A stretch of 32,000 nt of DNA from Candidatus Thorarchaeota archaeon (GCA_048882505.1 JBHLRO010000030.1:3540-35539); one strand, 5' to 3'; numbered from the stretch's first letter, positions 1-8,970 are shown. The notes: generated by a model from the sequence alone, not told the origin. A program made the numbers and translations.

Positions 1-906
1 AATTCTAAGCTTGCCTGAAATGTGAACCTCGGTAATTAGATTCTTATCTTTAATAGCTTGAAAATCAACTCGTTGTTCTCGGAGTCCCTTTCGCAGGAAT
101 TTAAACAGGATTTGGACATTTGATAAATCCGGTGCCGTCACTACCACGCGCCTGAATCGTTGATTCCTTTGATGGTCATTCGGAATCAGTTGAGAAAGAG
201 TTATCCCAACAGTAGCCGATTTTCCTCGTCCTCTATTTGCCACTACGACCGAACAGTTGTTTGGATTTGACTTATCTGAAAGAATTTCCGTCAGAGCGGT
301 AATTACTTCTTTTTGATCAGGTGTAACATCAAACCCATTTGTTTTTGCCGTTAGATTTACTGTATAATGCATTGGATTGAATCGGCGAAGAATCTCTTGA
401 CTAGACAGATCCTCAATTATGCAATGGGGATTTTGTTTGATATTTTCGAGAAACCAGCTCAATAAATATGATTTCGGCGTGAACTCCCTCGCAGGCGAAA
501 TTTGACTACGATTCACCGTTAAAATCCACTCCTCATAAGGTAAGCCGCAGATGATAACGAGTCCTCCTCCACAAACTGTTTCAATTAGCAGGCTCACTTT
601 GTTCGGATGAAATGTCCACCTTAGATCAAGTACCAGAAAATCTAATGTTTGCCCCAAAAGTGGTGTGAAATCTTTTAGAGAGATTACCCGAACTTGGGTT
701 AAATATGGTAGGATCGGATAAGCTTCATTGAGAATTACCGATTCATCGGGATCTTCTTCAGTGATGATTGCCCCCCTAACCCCGCGGTTGTTTTTCTCAT
801 ACAAATGCTGAAGAAAGCCTCCAATTGTATGAGAGAGAGCAATTGCATCTTGAAACAGGACAAGACTCCTTTTGTATGCTTCATAATGATTCTGAGACAG
901 GGTCAA
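1..906 (-). CDS. tmcA: tRNA/rRNA cytidine acetyltransferase TmcA (NAT10/Kre33 family), N-terminal part; runs off the window edge
   Basis: Not in the ORF track. Manual translation of the minus strand gives an open frame from TTG at 906 to base 1 (302 codons): LTLSQNHYEAYKRS...LGQTLDFLVLDLRWTFHPNKVSLLIETVCGGGLVII...VVANRGRGKSATVG...VVVTAPDLSNVQILF. This has the TmcA DUF1726-like region, the helicase-domain Walker A (RGRGKS) and the VTAP motif. GAGG lies upstream of the TTG. Confidence 0.88.
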   Translation of the reverse strand, partial: MTLSQNHYEAYKRSLVLFQDAIALSHTIGGFLQHLYEKNNRGVRGAIITEEDPDESVILNEAYPILPYLTQVRVISLKDFTPLLGQTLDFLVLDLRWTFHPNKVSLLIETVCGGGLVIICGLPYEEWILTVNRSQISPAREFTPKSYLLSWFLENIKQNPHCIIEDLSSQEILRRFNPMHYTVNLTAKTNGFDVTPDQKEVITALTEILSDKSNPNNCSVVVANRGRGKSATVGITLSQLIPNDHQRNQRFRRVVVTAPDLSNVQILFKFLRKGLREQRVDFQAIKDKNLITEVHISGKLRI

Positions 907-937
907 CCAGGCCTCTGTCGGTCAAGTGATTCTCACT

Positions 938-1507
938 TTATTGGATTTCGATTTTAGTAACTTTCTTTTTTGCTTTCTCCAATATTTCATCACAAACAGA
1001 TATCGCAATCTCGTGTTCCTTTTTGATACTCTTTACCTCTTTTAAGACCCTTTTTTGTTCAGAATGGGACAGGGCCTTTTCATCAAGGAGTTTTTGAAGT
1101 GTATTAAGGCGGGGAAAACTTGAACAACGCAATCGGTGCTGGGGAGGCGACTCCCCTTTTGTACGACGAATGAAAGCTGCCACATCAGGCACCACGCTAT
1201 AATAAAGCCTAGGTCGCCCTCTACGAGATGGTCTATCATGTCTCTCTTCACCTTTTACTAAATTATGCTTTTTAAGAACCTCCAAATGTCTGATGATCGA
1301 TTGTGGGTGATCATCTAATCTTCTAACCAGCTCATTGACAAAGCCCTCTCCTGCTGCCAGCTCTGCCAGCATTCGGCGCCGGGTTCGATTTGCTAGCAGG
1401 TGGAGAATTTCGTCAATTTCTTGTACATCTAGAAATCCTCGGTTTTCGATCTTAAAGGATAATACTTTTAGTATTAATTCTATTTCACTTAGCGTGTCAT
1501 CAACCAT
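938..1507 (-). CDS. ArsR-type wHTH regulator with C-terminal coiled coil, Phr/HSR1-like heat-shock repressor
   Basis: LLANRTRRRMLAEL...FVNELVRRL...SIIRHLEVL...RGRPRLYY closely parallels the Pyrococcus Phr N-terminus as I recall it (LGNETRRRIL...FVSELSREL...RGRPRKYY). C-terminal heptad helix. RBS GGAGGT upstream. Located in an hsp20/cdc48 operon. Confidence 0.8.
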   Translation of the reverse strand: MVDDTLSEIELILKVLSFKIENRGFLDVQEIDEILHLLANRTRRRMLAELAAGEGFVNELVRRLDDHPQSIIRHLEVLKKHNLVKGEERHDRPSRRGRPRLYYSVVPDVAAFIRRTKGESPPQHRLRCSSFPRLNTLQKLLDEKALSHSEQKRVLKEVKSIKKEHEIAISVCDEILEKAKKKVTKIEIQ

Positions 1508-1518
1508 ATTGTGACCTC

Positions 1519-2307
1519 CTAAACAAAAAATTGGGAATCAGGATCGCTTGGTTTATTTTGATCCCTTTTACCTCCTAATGTGCTTACATAATGAGTTTTG
1601 AACTCATGGGCTTTCTCTTCTAATTCGCTGAAATCCCCAATAAATCCCCATTCCTCCGACAAGTGTAATAATAACGTGTACGACGAAATCGGATCATATT
1701 CTGGGAAGGTGTCTACCGCGAACACTTCTACTGGGATATTATTTCCCCAATAAGTTAGAAAAGAGCATGCGATCTGACCACAGAGAGTAAACGAATTACC
1801 CGAGGTAATCATCTCACTCATTACCTCTAAATGTTGCTCATTGGAAGCAATCTTATGTACTAGAGGTTTTTTATCCATCGAACGATCCCGATTGTATACT
1901 CCATCTACCAACAGAATCTTTGCGACTTTATGTTTCTGATAAAAACGATAGAGTTCCTCTGCTATTTGATATCCAATTGCATCTGGAATTGCAAAATTGG
2001 TTGTAGCAAGGAAATATGGACGATCTCGAATTTCCAAATATTGAATTGTGATTGGAAGAAGTATTTCATTTGAGGATAATTGTACCATTTCGGTCATGTG
2101 GTTTGTAAAAAATCCTGCTAATTTATTCATTCTTGGAGTCGCACGTCGGATTTCGCTGGCCACCAAATGGCCTACTGCACCATAATACCCCAAAATTTCG
2201 ATTGCCACGGCACCGACAGGCGGAGAAAAATCGTTTTGAATGATAAATCGTAAATTATCCTGTTCTTCCATTTCTTCTAAGAAAGTTTCCACATTTGGTA
2301 CTTCCAT
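1519..2307 (-). CDS. PAC2-family (DUF75, PbaA/PbaB-like) proteasome assembly chaperone
   Basis: GYYGAVGHLVASEI (family pattern G.G.VG.IA...L), IAEELYRFYQKHKVAKILLVDG, and YDPISSYTLL (family DP.AA..LL); typical size. Confidence 0.75.
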   Translation of the reverse strand: MEVPNVETFLEEMEEQDNLRFIIQNDFSPPVGAVAIEILGYYGAVGHLVASEIRRATPRMNKLAGFFTNHMTEMVQLSSNEILLPITIQYLEIRDRPYFLATTNFAIPDAIGYQIAEELYRFYQKHKVAKILLVDGVYNRDRSMDKKPLVHKIASNEQHLEVMSEMITSGNSFTLCGQIACSFLTYWGNNIPVEVFAVDTFPEYDPISSYTLLLHLSEEWGFIGDFSELEEKAHEFKTHYVSTLGGKRDQNKPSDPDSQFFV

Positions 2308-2321
2308 ACTATGTGCACAGA

Positions 2322-4532
2322 TTAATGGTTTTCATGAGGAGGTCGAATGAAATTGAGCGCTTGAGCAACATCAGCAGGGTCTATCTCTGGTTTATTCTTC
2401 TCAATCAATTTTGATATCGTGTCTGGTTGGATTCCATCTAGCATCTCCTTTTGATCTTGAAGAAATCGGTTAATAGAGAGGAAGGCCGCACGACTTATCA
2501 GCCCTTTCAAATCTGCTCCACTAAAACCTTCAGTTTTTTTTGCTAGTTCGGGTAATAACACTTGTTTTGATAATGGCTTATGTCTAGTCAGTACACGTAG
2601 AATATCCTCTCTAGCAGGTGCATTGGGTAGAGGGAGTTCGATTATTCTTTCAAACCTTCCGGGCCTTAAGAGTGCTGGATCAAGCACCGAAGGGCGGTTA
2701 GTTGCCGCGATCACAATAACATCGCGTAACTCTTCCAACCCACTCATTTCCGTTAACAATGTGGTTACAATACGGTCTGATGCACCCCCATCCAAGCCAG
2801 ACACGGTCCTAGATGGAGTCAGGGCATCAATTTCGTCGAAAAAAATGATGCAGGGAGCACCCAGGCGGGCTTTTCGAAAGGTCTCTTGAATTATTTTTTC
2901 GCTCTCTCCCAACCACTTAGAGTGGACTTCTGATCCTTTTACATAGATGAAATTTCTCGAAACTTCATTTGCGATGGCACGGACAAGCAGGGTTTTTCCA
3001 GTTCCAGGTTTTCCAATCAGAAGGATCCCTCGTGGCACCTCTGCATCCATATAGTTGAACAGGTCTGGATATTTTGTGGGCCATTCGATAATCTCCTTGA
3101 GCTCATGCTTAACATCGTCTAATCCCCCTACATCATCCCATGTGACAGTAGGGATTTCGAGGAAAACTTCCCGGAGAGCACTGGGTTTAATCTCTGCTAA
3201 GGCATTATTAAAATCCTCTTGTAAAACAGTTATTTGCTCAATGATTTCAGCTGGAACATCTTCGTCCCACGTGATTTGAGGAAATACTCTCCGAATCGAT
3301 CGCATAGCAGCTTCCTTGGTTAGGGAAGCCAAATCGGCACCAACAAATCCATGGGTACGATCAGCCAATAATTCCAAATCCACTTCATCTGCTAATGGCA
3401 TCGCTCTAGTATGAATTCCCAGAATAACTAGACGGCCTTCTTTATTGGGAACTCCAAGCTCGATTTCACGGTCAAAACGACCAGGTCGACGAAGGGCGGG
3501 ATCAATTGCATTAGGTCTATTCGTAGCTCCAATCACAACTAACTCCCCCCGGCCTTCCAAGCCATCCATAAGCGCCAGCATTTGGGACACGACTCGACGT
3601 TCAAGTTCCCCTGAATTAGAGTCATCACGTTTGGTGGCTATGCTGTCAATTTCATCAATAAACAGGATACTAGGTGCATTTTGTCTAGCTTCCTCGAATA
3701 TGTCTCTAATCTTTTGTTCACTCTCACCATAAAACTTTGACATGATTTCTGGTCCAGAGACGGTTATAAAATGTGCATCAGTTTCATTTGCCACGGCCTT
3801 GGCTAGAAGGGTCTTACCTGTTCCCGGCGGGCCATGAAGGAGGACTCCTTTTGGAGGTTCTACCCCAAGTCTTTCAAACAGTTGGGGATAGCGCATTGGC
3901 AATTCAACCATTTCTCTTATCTTCTTAATCGTTTCGTCCATTCCCCCAATTTCCTCGTACGAAACTTTGGGAACAACCTGCATTTCACTTAGAGTTTCAG
4001 AAAAAGAATCAGAAGCCTCTTTTACTTCAAATACAGTAATTGTATCGACGTAAACGGAATGCTCTCTTTCTGGTATTATCTCAAGAACTTTATAATCGAT
4101 ATTTTGCCCCATGTAGGGTACCCGGAGGACGTCATCAATAGAAATCGCACGATCTTGGAGAGTTTTTTGAAAATATCCTGTCACGTTACTTATTGTGTAA
4201 TTGGACATTGGTGCTAGGATGATTTTCTCTGCTGGACTGAGGGTTACCTTACTAACCGTGACAATATCATCAAGGCGAACCCCCGCATTCGTACGTGTCG
4301 CCGCATCAATCGAAATGGTTAATCCATATTCATCGGATTTAAATGCGTGCCAAACCACCACTGTCGTTTTCTTCTCGGTAGGGCCCTCGATCTCTATTAT
4401 ATCACCCGCTGATACCCCTAATTTGTTCATAATCCGCTTTGAAATTCGTGCCCGTCCCCGATCTACATCTTGGTAGGCGGCTTCTTTGACCTTTAGCCTA
4501 ACTGAGTTTGAAGCCAAAATTAGTCCACCCAT
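2322..4532 (-). CDS. cdc48: CDC48/VAT (p97-like) AAA+ ATPase
   Basis: N-domain (VKEAAYQDVDRGRARI), D1 GPPGTGKT / IDEIDSI / LRRPGRFDRE, D2 GKPGTGKT / FDEIDAL / LLRPGRFER, pore loops SKFYGESE and SKWLGESE. Confidence 0.98.
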   Translation of the reverse strand: MGGLILASNSVRLKVKEAAYQDVDRGRARISKRIMNKLGVSAGDIIEIEGPTEKKTTVVVWHAFKSDEYGLTISIDAATRTNAGVRLDDIVTVSKVTLSPAEKIILAPMSNYTISNVTGYFQKTLQDRAISIDDVLRVPYMGQNIDYKVLEIIPEREHSVYVDTITVFEVKEASDSFSETLSEMQVVPKVSYEEIGGMDETIKKIREMVELPMRYPQLFERLGVEPPKGVLLHGPPGTGKTLLAKAVANETDAHFITVSGPEIMSKFYGESEQKIRDIFEEARQNAPSILFIDEIDSIATKRDDSNSGELERRVVSQMLALMDGLEGRGELVVIGATNRPNAIDPALRRPGRFDREIELGVPNKEGRLVILGIHTRAMPLADEVDLELLADRTHGFVGADLASLTKEAAMRSIRRVFPQITWDEDVPAEIIEQITVLQEDFNNALAEIKPSALREVFLEIPTVTWDDVGGLDDVKHELKEIIEWPTKYPDLFNYMDAEVPRGILLIGKPGTGKTLLVRAIANEVSRNFIYVKGSEVHSKWLGESEKIIQETFRKARLGAPCIIFFDEIDALTPSRTVSGLDGGASDRIVTTLLTEMSGLEELRDVIVIAATNRPSVLDPALLRPGRFERIIELPLPNAPAREDILRVLTRHKPLSKQVLLPELAKKTEGFSGADLKGLISRAAFLSINRFLQDQKEMLDGIQPDTISKLIEKNKPEIDPADVAQALNFIRPPHENH

Positions 4533-4574
4533 GATTCAAACGGTAGGTTGAAAATGTATGTAACGGGGTGAATC

Positions 4575-5198
4575 TTATCCCACGGGGACTTTGGTACTGC
4601 GTTCTTTGTCAGTAGATTTCTTCAATTCGACCTCGAGGACGCCATTCTTAAATTTTGCCGAGGCTGACTCAGGAATAATGATGCAAGGGAGATCTAATTC
4701 CTTGTAATACTTTCTATTCATATCTTCAGAGCTTGCCTGAACAAGTAGACTATTTTCGGTTGTGGACAAATCGATGTTTTCTTTTTGCACCCCAGGGATT
4801 TCCGCAATCACTCTCACAACATCAGTGTCCTCGATTACATCAACTAACGGTTCTCGTTCCGCAGAAGGTTGAAAGCCTGTTCTTCCTGTCATTTGACGGG
4901 GATTATTGCCAAAACGTTCGATATGTGGGCGTCCATCGGGCCCCGTCGTCATTCGAAAACCCCATACAAAGCCTGGTGGATTATTCTCACCCTCTACAGG
5001 GGTACTCAGGCTAAATCTTCGAAACAAATCTTCTAGGAAATAATCCATCTTGTTGAAAATATCGTCAAAGGATACCCCACCGAATTGGTCAAAAAAATTC
5101 TCAAAAATATCATCGAAGGGAGTTCTCCCACTTCTACGTCGGGGATACCGCCGGTGACGGTCGTCTTCATCATTAGGGTCAGTTGTTGGATCAGACAT
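4575..5198 (-). CDS. hsp20: Archaeal small heat-shock protein Hsp20 (alpha-crystallin domain)
   Basis: PGFVWGFRMTTGPDGRPHIERFGN, REPLVDVIED, AELPG-like AEIPGVQKENI, KFKNGVLEVEL. Start moved from 5297 to ATG 5198 (MSDPTT), which has GGAGA upstream; the longer ORF start runs through the promoter region. Confidence 0.95.
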   Translation of the reverse strand: MSDPTTDPNDEDDRHRRYPRRRSGRTPFDDIFENFFDQFGGVSFDDIFNKMDYFLEDLFRRFSLSTPVEGENNPPGFVWGFRMTTGPDGRPHIERFGNNPRQMTGRTGFQPSAEREPLVDVIEDTDVVRVIAEIPGVQKENIDLSTTENSLLVQASSEDMNRKYYKELDLPCIIIPESASAKFKNGVLEVELKKSTDKERSTKVPVG

Positions 5199-5366
5199 GT
5201 AACTATCTCCATCTAACGTGAATAATGAGTCAAATAAAGGCCAATTACTTATAATTAAAATAAGTTGCTGTAAGGTGTGAATAAAAAGAAAAGACAAGGG
5301 TCATAGTCGTGAAATGGAAAATTCGTTGTTTCTATAAGATTATAAGTAGAGCATCATCCTCTAGTA

Positions 5367-5390
5367 TTTATTAACGATTTGTGAATAATA
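5367..5390. promoter_or_regulatory. Candidate Phr/HSR1-type heat-shock operator (TTTATTAACGATTTGTGAATAATA)
   Basis: Imperfect palindrome TATTAAC-N5-GTGAATA. It matches all but one fixed position of the Phr consensus as I recall it (TTTAnnnACnnnnnGTnAnnAAAA). It lies between hsp20 and the divergent DUF62 gene. Two more GTGAATAA half-sites occur at 5218-5225 and 5277-5284. Confidence 0.6.
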
Positions 5391-5435
5391 CCTGAATTTA
5401 AATCAAGAAATAAATGTTTGCGTAATCAACCTATT

Positions 5436-6215
5436 ATGGGTGAAATTTTGTCAGAGCGTCCATTGATCGTTTTAATGACGGATTTTGGCAACGACGTTTA
5501 TACAGCAATCATGAAAGGTCGGATTATTCAAATCAATCCGGCAGCCAGAATTGTATCTCTTACGAACCATATTAAAAAGCACTCGGTCAGACAAGGAGCG
5601 TTTATTATGCAGAAGTCGTACAGATACTTCCCTTATGGATCTATATTCTTGGTTGTGGTAGACCCAGGCGTGGGAAGCTTAAGAAAAGCGGTAGTAGCGC
5701 AAACAGAGAACTATTTTTTCATTGCCCCTGATAATGGCATACTCTCACCTGTAATTTCGGAAAGCAGAGCTTTAGATATAATCAAACTACCTATTCCATC
5801 CGATGCATCCACTACATTTCACGGACGAGATGTATTCGCTCCTGCCGCTGCTAAAATTAGTCTAAACTACTCCCTTCAAAACCTTGGACAGCAAACCAAA
5901 CTGAATAAAAATCTCAGTTTCTATTGGGATCCTGGATCATTTACTGGGGAGGTAATTTTTAGCGATGAATTTGGGAATATTATCACTAACATACCTAAAC
6001 TCACTAAATTAGACTGTAGTGGTAAATTCATTGTCACTACAACGCATTTTAAAGGTGAGATGCCATTAAAAATGTCTTATTCTGAAGGTTCTGCTCGTGA
6101 ACCCTTTCTAATCTTCTCGAGTTTCGATACTTTGGAAATTGCCCTCCGCGAAGGAAGAGCTTGCGATCTTATACCTGTTAGTGGAGGAGATCGCGTGACA
6201 ATAACCCCTCTTTAA
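5436..6215 (+). CDS. SAM hydroxide adenosyltransferase / SAM-dependent chlorinase-fluorinase family (DUF62)
   Basis: LMTDFG, VVDPGVGS, FIAPDNGIL, STTFHGRDVFAPAAA, DEFGNIITN, LEIALREG. Start is ATG 5436 or TTG 5418. Confidence 0.93.
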   Translation: MGEILSERPLIVLMTDFGNDVYTAIMKGRIIQINPAARIVSLTNHIKKHSVRQGAFIMQKSYRYFPYGSIFLVVVDPGVGSLRKAVVAQTENYFFIAPDNGILSPVISESRALDIIKLPIPSDASTTFHGRDVFAPAAAKISLNYSLQNLGQQTKLNKNLSFYWDPGSFTGEVIFSDEFGNIITNIPKLTKLDCSGKFIVTTTHFKGEMPLKMSYSEGSAREPFLIFSSFDTLEIALREGRACDLIPVSGGDRVTITPL

Positions 6216-6408
6216 TAACTATCAACGAAGAACGAAATAACAGTGTCTCTTAGCGTTTCCATTCTCCTTAGATCGTAAGCAGCCTAACTGCTAGTTTTAA
6301 TTGCTCATGGGAGATCAAATAGATAATATCAAATAATCGAAAAGTCACATCTCGCGAAACCCCTACATTTCAGGAACCGCCCCCGATAATAGCAGTGGAA
6401 GTGAAAAA

Positions 6409-7164
6409 TTGAGTTTAGTCGAAAGAATACGGAAGATGGAACTATCACTTGATGAATTAATACCCAAGTTCCAAGGAAGGTTAGAACTAATTCGTGAGGA
6501 TCTCAAGTTATTAATAACTGGCATAGATGATTTGAAAACGAGTATTGGCGATAATCGTCGTAAATCAAATGATTATACTAGAGAGATTTCCGATCTATCA
6601 AATGATCTTCAAACTTTTAGAAATGAAATCGCCGAAATTGAGAAGGAGATTTCCCGATTACAAGATATGGCCCATACCGTCAATATGGAAACACAGGAAT
6701 TAAACAGTGAACTAATGGCGGAGAGAAACCGGCTTGGAACTCTCGAAGGAGAAAAAAACGCGCTAGAACATAGCTTAAGTGAGCTCGAACGCGAAGAAAC
6801 AGGATTACAAGAAATTCACGATCAATTCAAACCGAAATTTGAGAAAGAAGTCGCCTTAATCAATGAACGTCATACTTCGCTCAAGAAGAAACATGATTTA
6901 CTTGGTTATCGTTTCCAAGCTATGCGCATCCTATGTTCTGAGGGCTATCTCTCGACCCCAGAGGTAAATATAGTAAGGTACCTCGCTATGAAGCCATCTT
7001 CGACCTCAAATGTAACAGAAATTAGGTCCACACTTGGGGTTGATCCGACAGCGTTATCTACGGTTCTTCAAGGCCTGGCCACACGGCAAGTACTTGAACT
7101 GGACGAGTCCTCGGGTGATATTACAATACTTGCCAAGATTGATCTATTTAACGAGGTGAAATGA
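6409..7164 (+). CDS. Long coiled-coil protein with C-terminal winged-helix-like domain (paralog A)
   Basis: About 180 aa of continuous heptad E/K/L-rich helix, then PEVNIVRYLAMK...VTEIRSTLGVDPTALSTVLQGLATRQVLELDESSGDITI (HTH plus wing). Confidence 0.7.
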   Translation: MSLVERIRKMELSLDELIPKFQGRLELIREDLKLLITGIDDLKTSIGDNRRKSNDYTREISDLSNDLQTFRNEIAEIEKEISRLQDMAHTVNMETQELNSELMAERNRLGTLEGEKNALEHSLSELEREETGLQEIHDQFKPKFEKEVALINERHTSLKKKHDLLGYRFQAMRILCSEGYLSTPEVNIVRYLAMKPSSTSNVTEIRSTLGVDPTALSTVLQGLATRQVLELDESSGDITILAKIDLFNEVK

Positions 7165-7166
7165 TC

Positions 7167-7901
7167 ATGGATACCGAGACACTACGTGAGAAGTTTATTC
7201 GATCCGAGGAAGCGCTCAACAAACTCGCAGATGACATCAAACAACTGGTTTTTAGTCGGAGTCAAGAACTACGAGATTCTCGCGATTATCTTGAAACCTT
7301 GATAAAAGAAAAAGAAGCCGTTGACTCGCAAATCACAGAGCAGGAAGCTAAAATTGCATCACTTCAAGAAGAGATCTCAAAACAAGGTGGTTTGAAAGAA
7401 AGTTTAGTTAATAGACGATCCCTGGGTTCAGAGGATACTCAAAATAAGAAGATTAGGCTAGAGGAACTTCGTCATGAAGTAGCCACATTAGGAGATTCTG
7501 TTAATTCCACCAATCGTGTGATCGAACAAATAAAGATGAACATAACTCAAAAACGCGAGCGTATTGGAGAGTTAATTCGGGCAAACCAGGAATTAGAAGA
7601 AAAACTTAGGGTCGAGATGGATGTAAAAGTGACTGAAGCCAAAAATCTAGAACAAACTGTAGCTAATATGGAATCAGAAAATGCAGTAATCTCATATCTT
7701 CTTGAAGAGTCTGCGGAGGATATTCCTGAAGTTGATATCCTAGCCTCAGTAATGCAACTAGGTGAGGCTAGTAGAGATCAATTGAAACAATCCCTCGAAG
7801 GAATTGTGTCTCCAGTTATGCTTACACGAACCCTCGGACGGATGGCTGAAAAAGGAATACTTAACTTCGATGAGTCTCGTGATATTATTAGATACGAGTG
7901 A
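7167..7901 (+). CDS. Long coiled-coil protein with C-terminal winged-helix-like domain (paralog B)
   Basis: Heptad helix, then PEVDILASVMQLGEASRDQLKQSL...MLTRTLGRMAEKGILNFDESRDII. GAGGTGA at 7153-7159 favours ATG 7167; ATG 7161 overlaps the upstream stop (ATGA). Confidence 0.7.
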   Translation: MDTETLREKFIRSEEALNKLADDIKQLVFSRSQELRDSRDYLETLIKEKEAVDSQITEQEAKIASLQEEISKQGGLKESLVNRRSLGSEDTQNKKIRLEELRHEVATLGDSVNSTNRVIEQIKMNITQKRERIGELIRANQELEEKLRVEMDVKVTEAKNLEQTVANMESENAVISYLLEESAEDIPEVDILASVMQLGEASRDQLKQSLEGIVSPVMLTRTLGRMAEKGILNFDESRDIIRYE

Positions 7902-8958
7902 GGCGGAAATTATCACGATATCCGAATTAAGTAATGAACCAGAAAATCTGCATGAAGATTGGGTTTTCCATCGAAATCTTACATCAGGAAAAACCCAGTG
8001 TTTAGCATGTGCCCGCCATTGTCACTTGATTTCAGGTGAAATTGGATGGTGTGGTGCACGGATGTGTCAGGAAGGGAAAGTTGTACCTAGAACGTATGGT
8101 TTGGTTTCTTCCGTTGCTGTTGACCCCATTGAGAAAAAACCCCTTTACCACTTTCTACCTGGAACGGGTATCCTTAGCATCGGTGCTACTGGGTGTAATA
8201 TGAGGTGCCTCCACTGTCAAAACCATTCTATATCCCAAAGCCGGGCCATCGCTCACCTCCAAAGAGTATCTCCTCGTGAACTCGTGAATCAGGCATTGGA
8301 AAGGAATCTACCTTCTATAGCGAGTACGTATAATGAACCGATGATTGCTTACGAATATGTTAGGGATATTGGAAGGATAGCCCATCAAGAAGGATTGAAG
8401 ATGGTGGTCGTAGATAATGGCTACATTAGCAAACGACTGGCAGAAAGACTCACACCTTATCTTGATGGGGCTAATATTGATGTTAAAGGTTTTTCCGACG
8501 AATTCTATGGGGAAATCTGTGACGTGAGGGCATGGAAGCTCGTTTTGAAGACCTGTGAAGTTTTTTTCCAACGGGGTGTGCATCTAGAGATAACTAACCT
8601 CATTATCCCAACGAAGAATGATAATATGGAGATGATTAGGGAGATGTGTGAATGGATGGTGACCAAACTCAGTCCAAATGTACCTCTCCACTTCTCAGCG
8701 TTTCACCCTGATTACAGATTGAGGAACCTACCTCACACTCCCATGAAAACATTAGAAGATGCCCTAGCGGTTGCCAAGGACGTAGGGCTTAATTATGTAT
8801 ATCTTGGGAATGTTAGGGGTCGTAAGGGTAACGATACTTACTGTCATAACTGTCATAGCCATTTAATCTCTCGTGCTGGCTATTATACGAAGCTACTTGG
8901 AATTACGGAGGGTAGATGCACTAAATGCAACACAGAAATTCCAGGGGTCTTTCTCTAA
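7870..8958 (+). CDS. AmmeMemoRadiSam-system radical SAM enzyme (PFL-activase-like)
   Basis: N-terminal CxxCxxxC...WCGAR, VDPIEKKPLYHF, radical SAM CNMRCLHCQN, TYNEP, ANIDVKGF, PLHFSAFHPDY, C-terminal CxxC...CxxC. The start is uncertain: 7804 and 7870 both overlap the upstream gene. Confidence 0.9.
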   Translation: MSLVILLDTSEAEIITISELSNEPENLHEDWVFHRNLTSGKTQCLACARHCHLISGEIGWCGARMCQEGKVVPRTYGLVSSVAVDPIEKKPLYHFLPGTGILSIGATGCNMRCLHCQNHSISQSRAIAHLQRVSPRELVNQALERNLPSIASTYNEPMIAYEYVRDIGRIAHQEGLKMVVVDNGYISKRLAERLTPYLDGANIDVKGFSDEFYGEICDVRAWKLVLKTCEVFFQRGVHLEITNLIIPTKNDNMEMIREMCEWMVTKLSPNVPLHFSAFHPDYRLRNLPHTPMKTLEDALAVAKDVGLNYVYLGNVRGRKGNDTYCHNCHSHLISRAGYYTKLLGITEGRCTKCNTEIPGVFL

Positions 8959-8970
8959 TTCAGATCAGCC

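Noticed and set aside
2623-5014. Plus-strand ORFs inside cdc48 and hsp20
   Set aside because: They are antisense shadows of conserved genes with no recognisable motifs.
5199-5297. N-terminal extension of Hsp20 in the ORF track
   Set aside because: It runs through AT-rich promoter sequence; ATG 5198 has an RBS and gives a normal Hsp20.
7870-8958. A complete AmmeMemoRadiSam system
   Set aside because: The AMMECR1 and Memo partner genes are not in the window; these genes are often dispersed in archaea.
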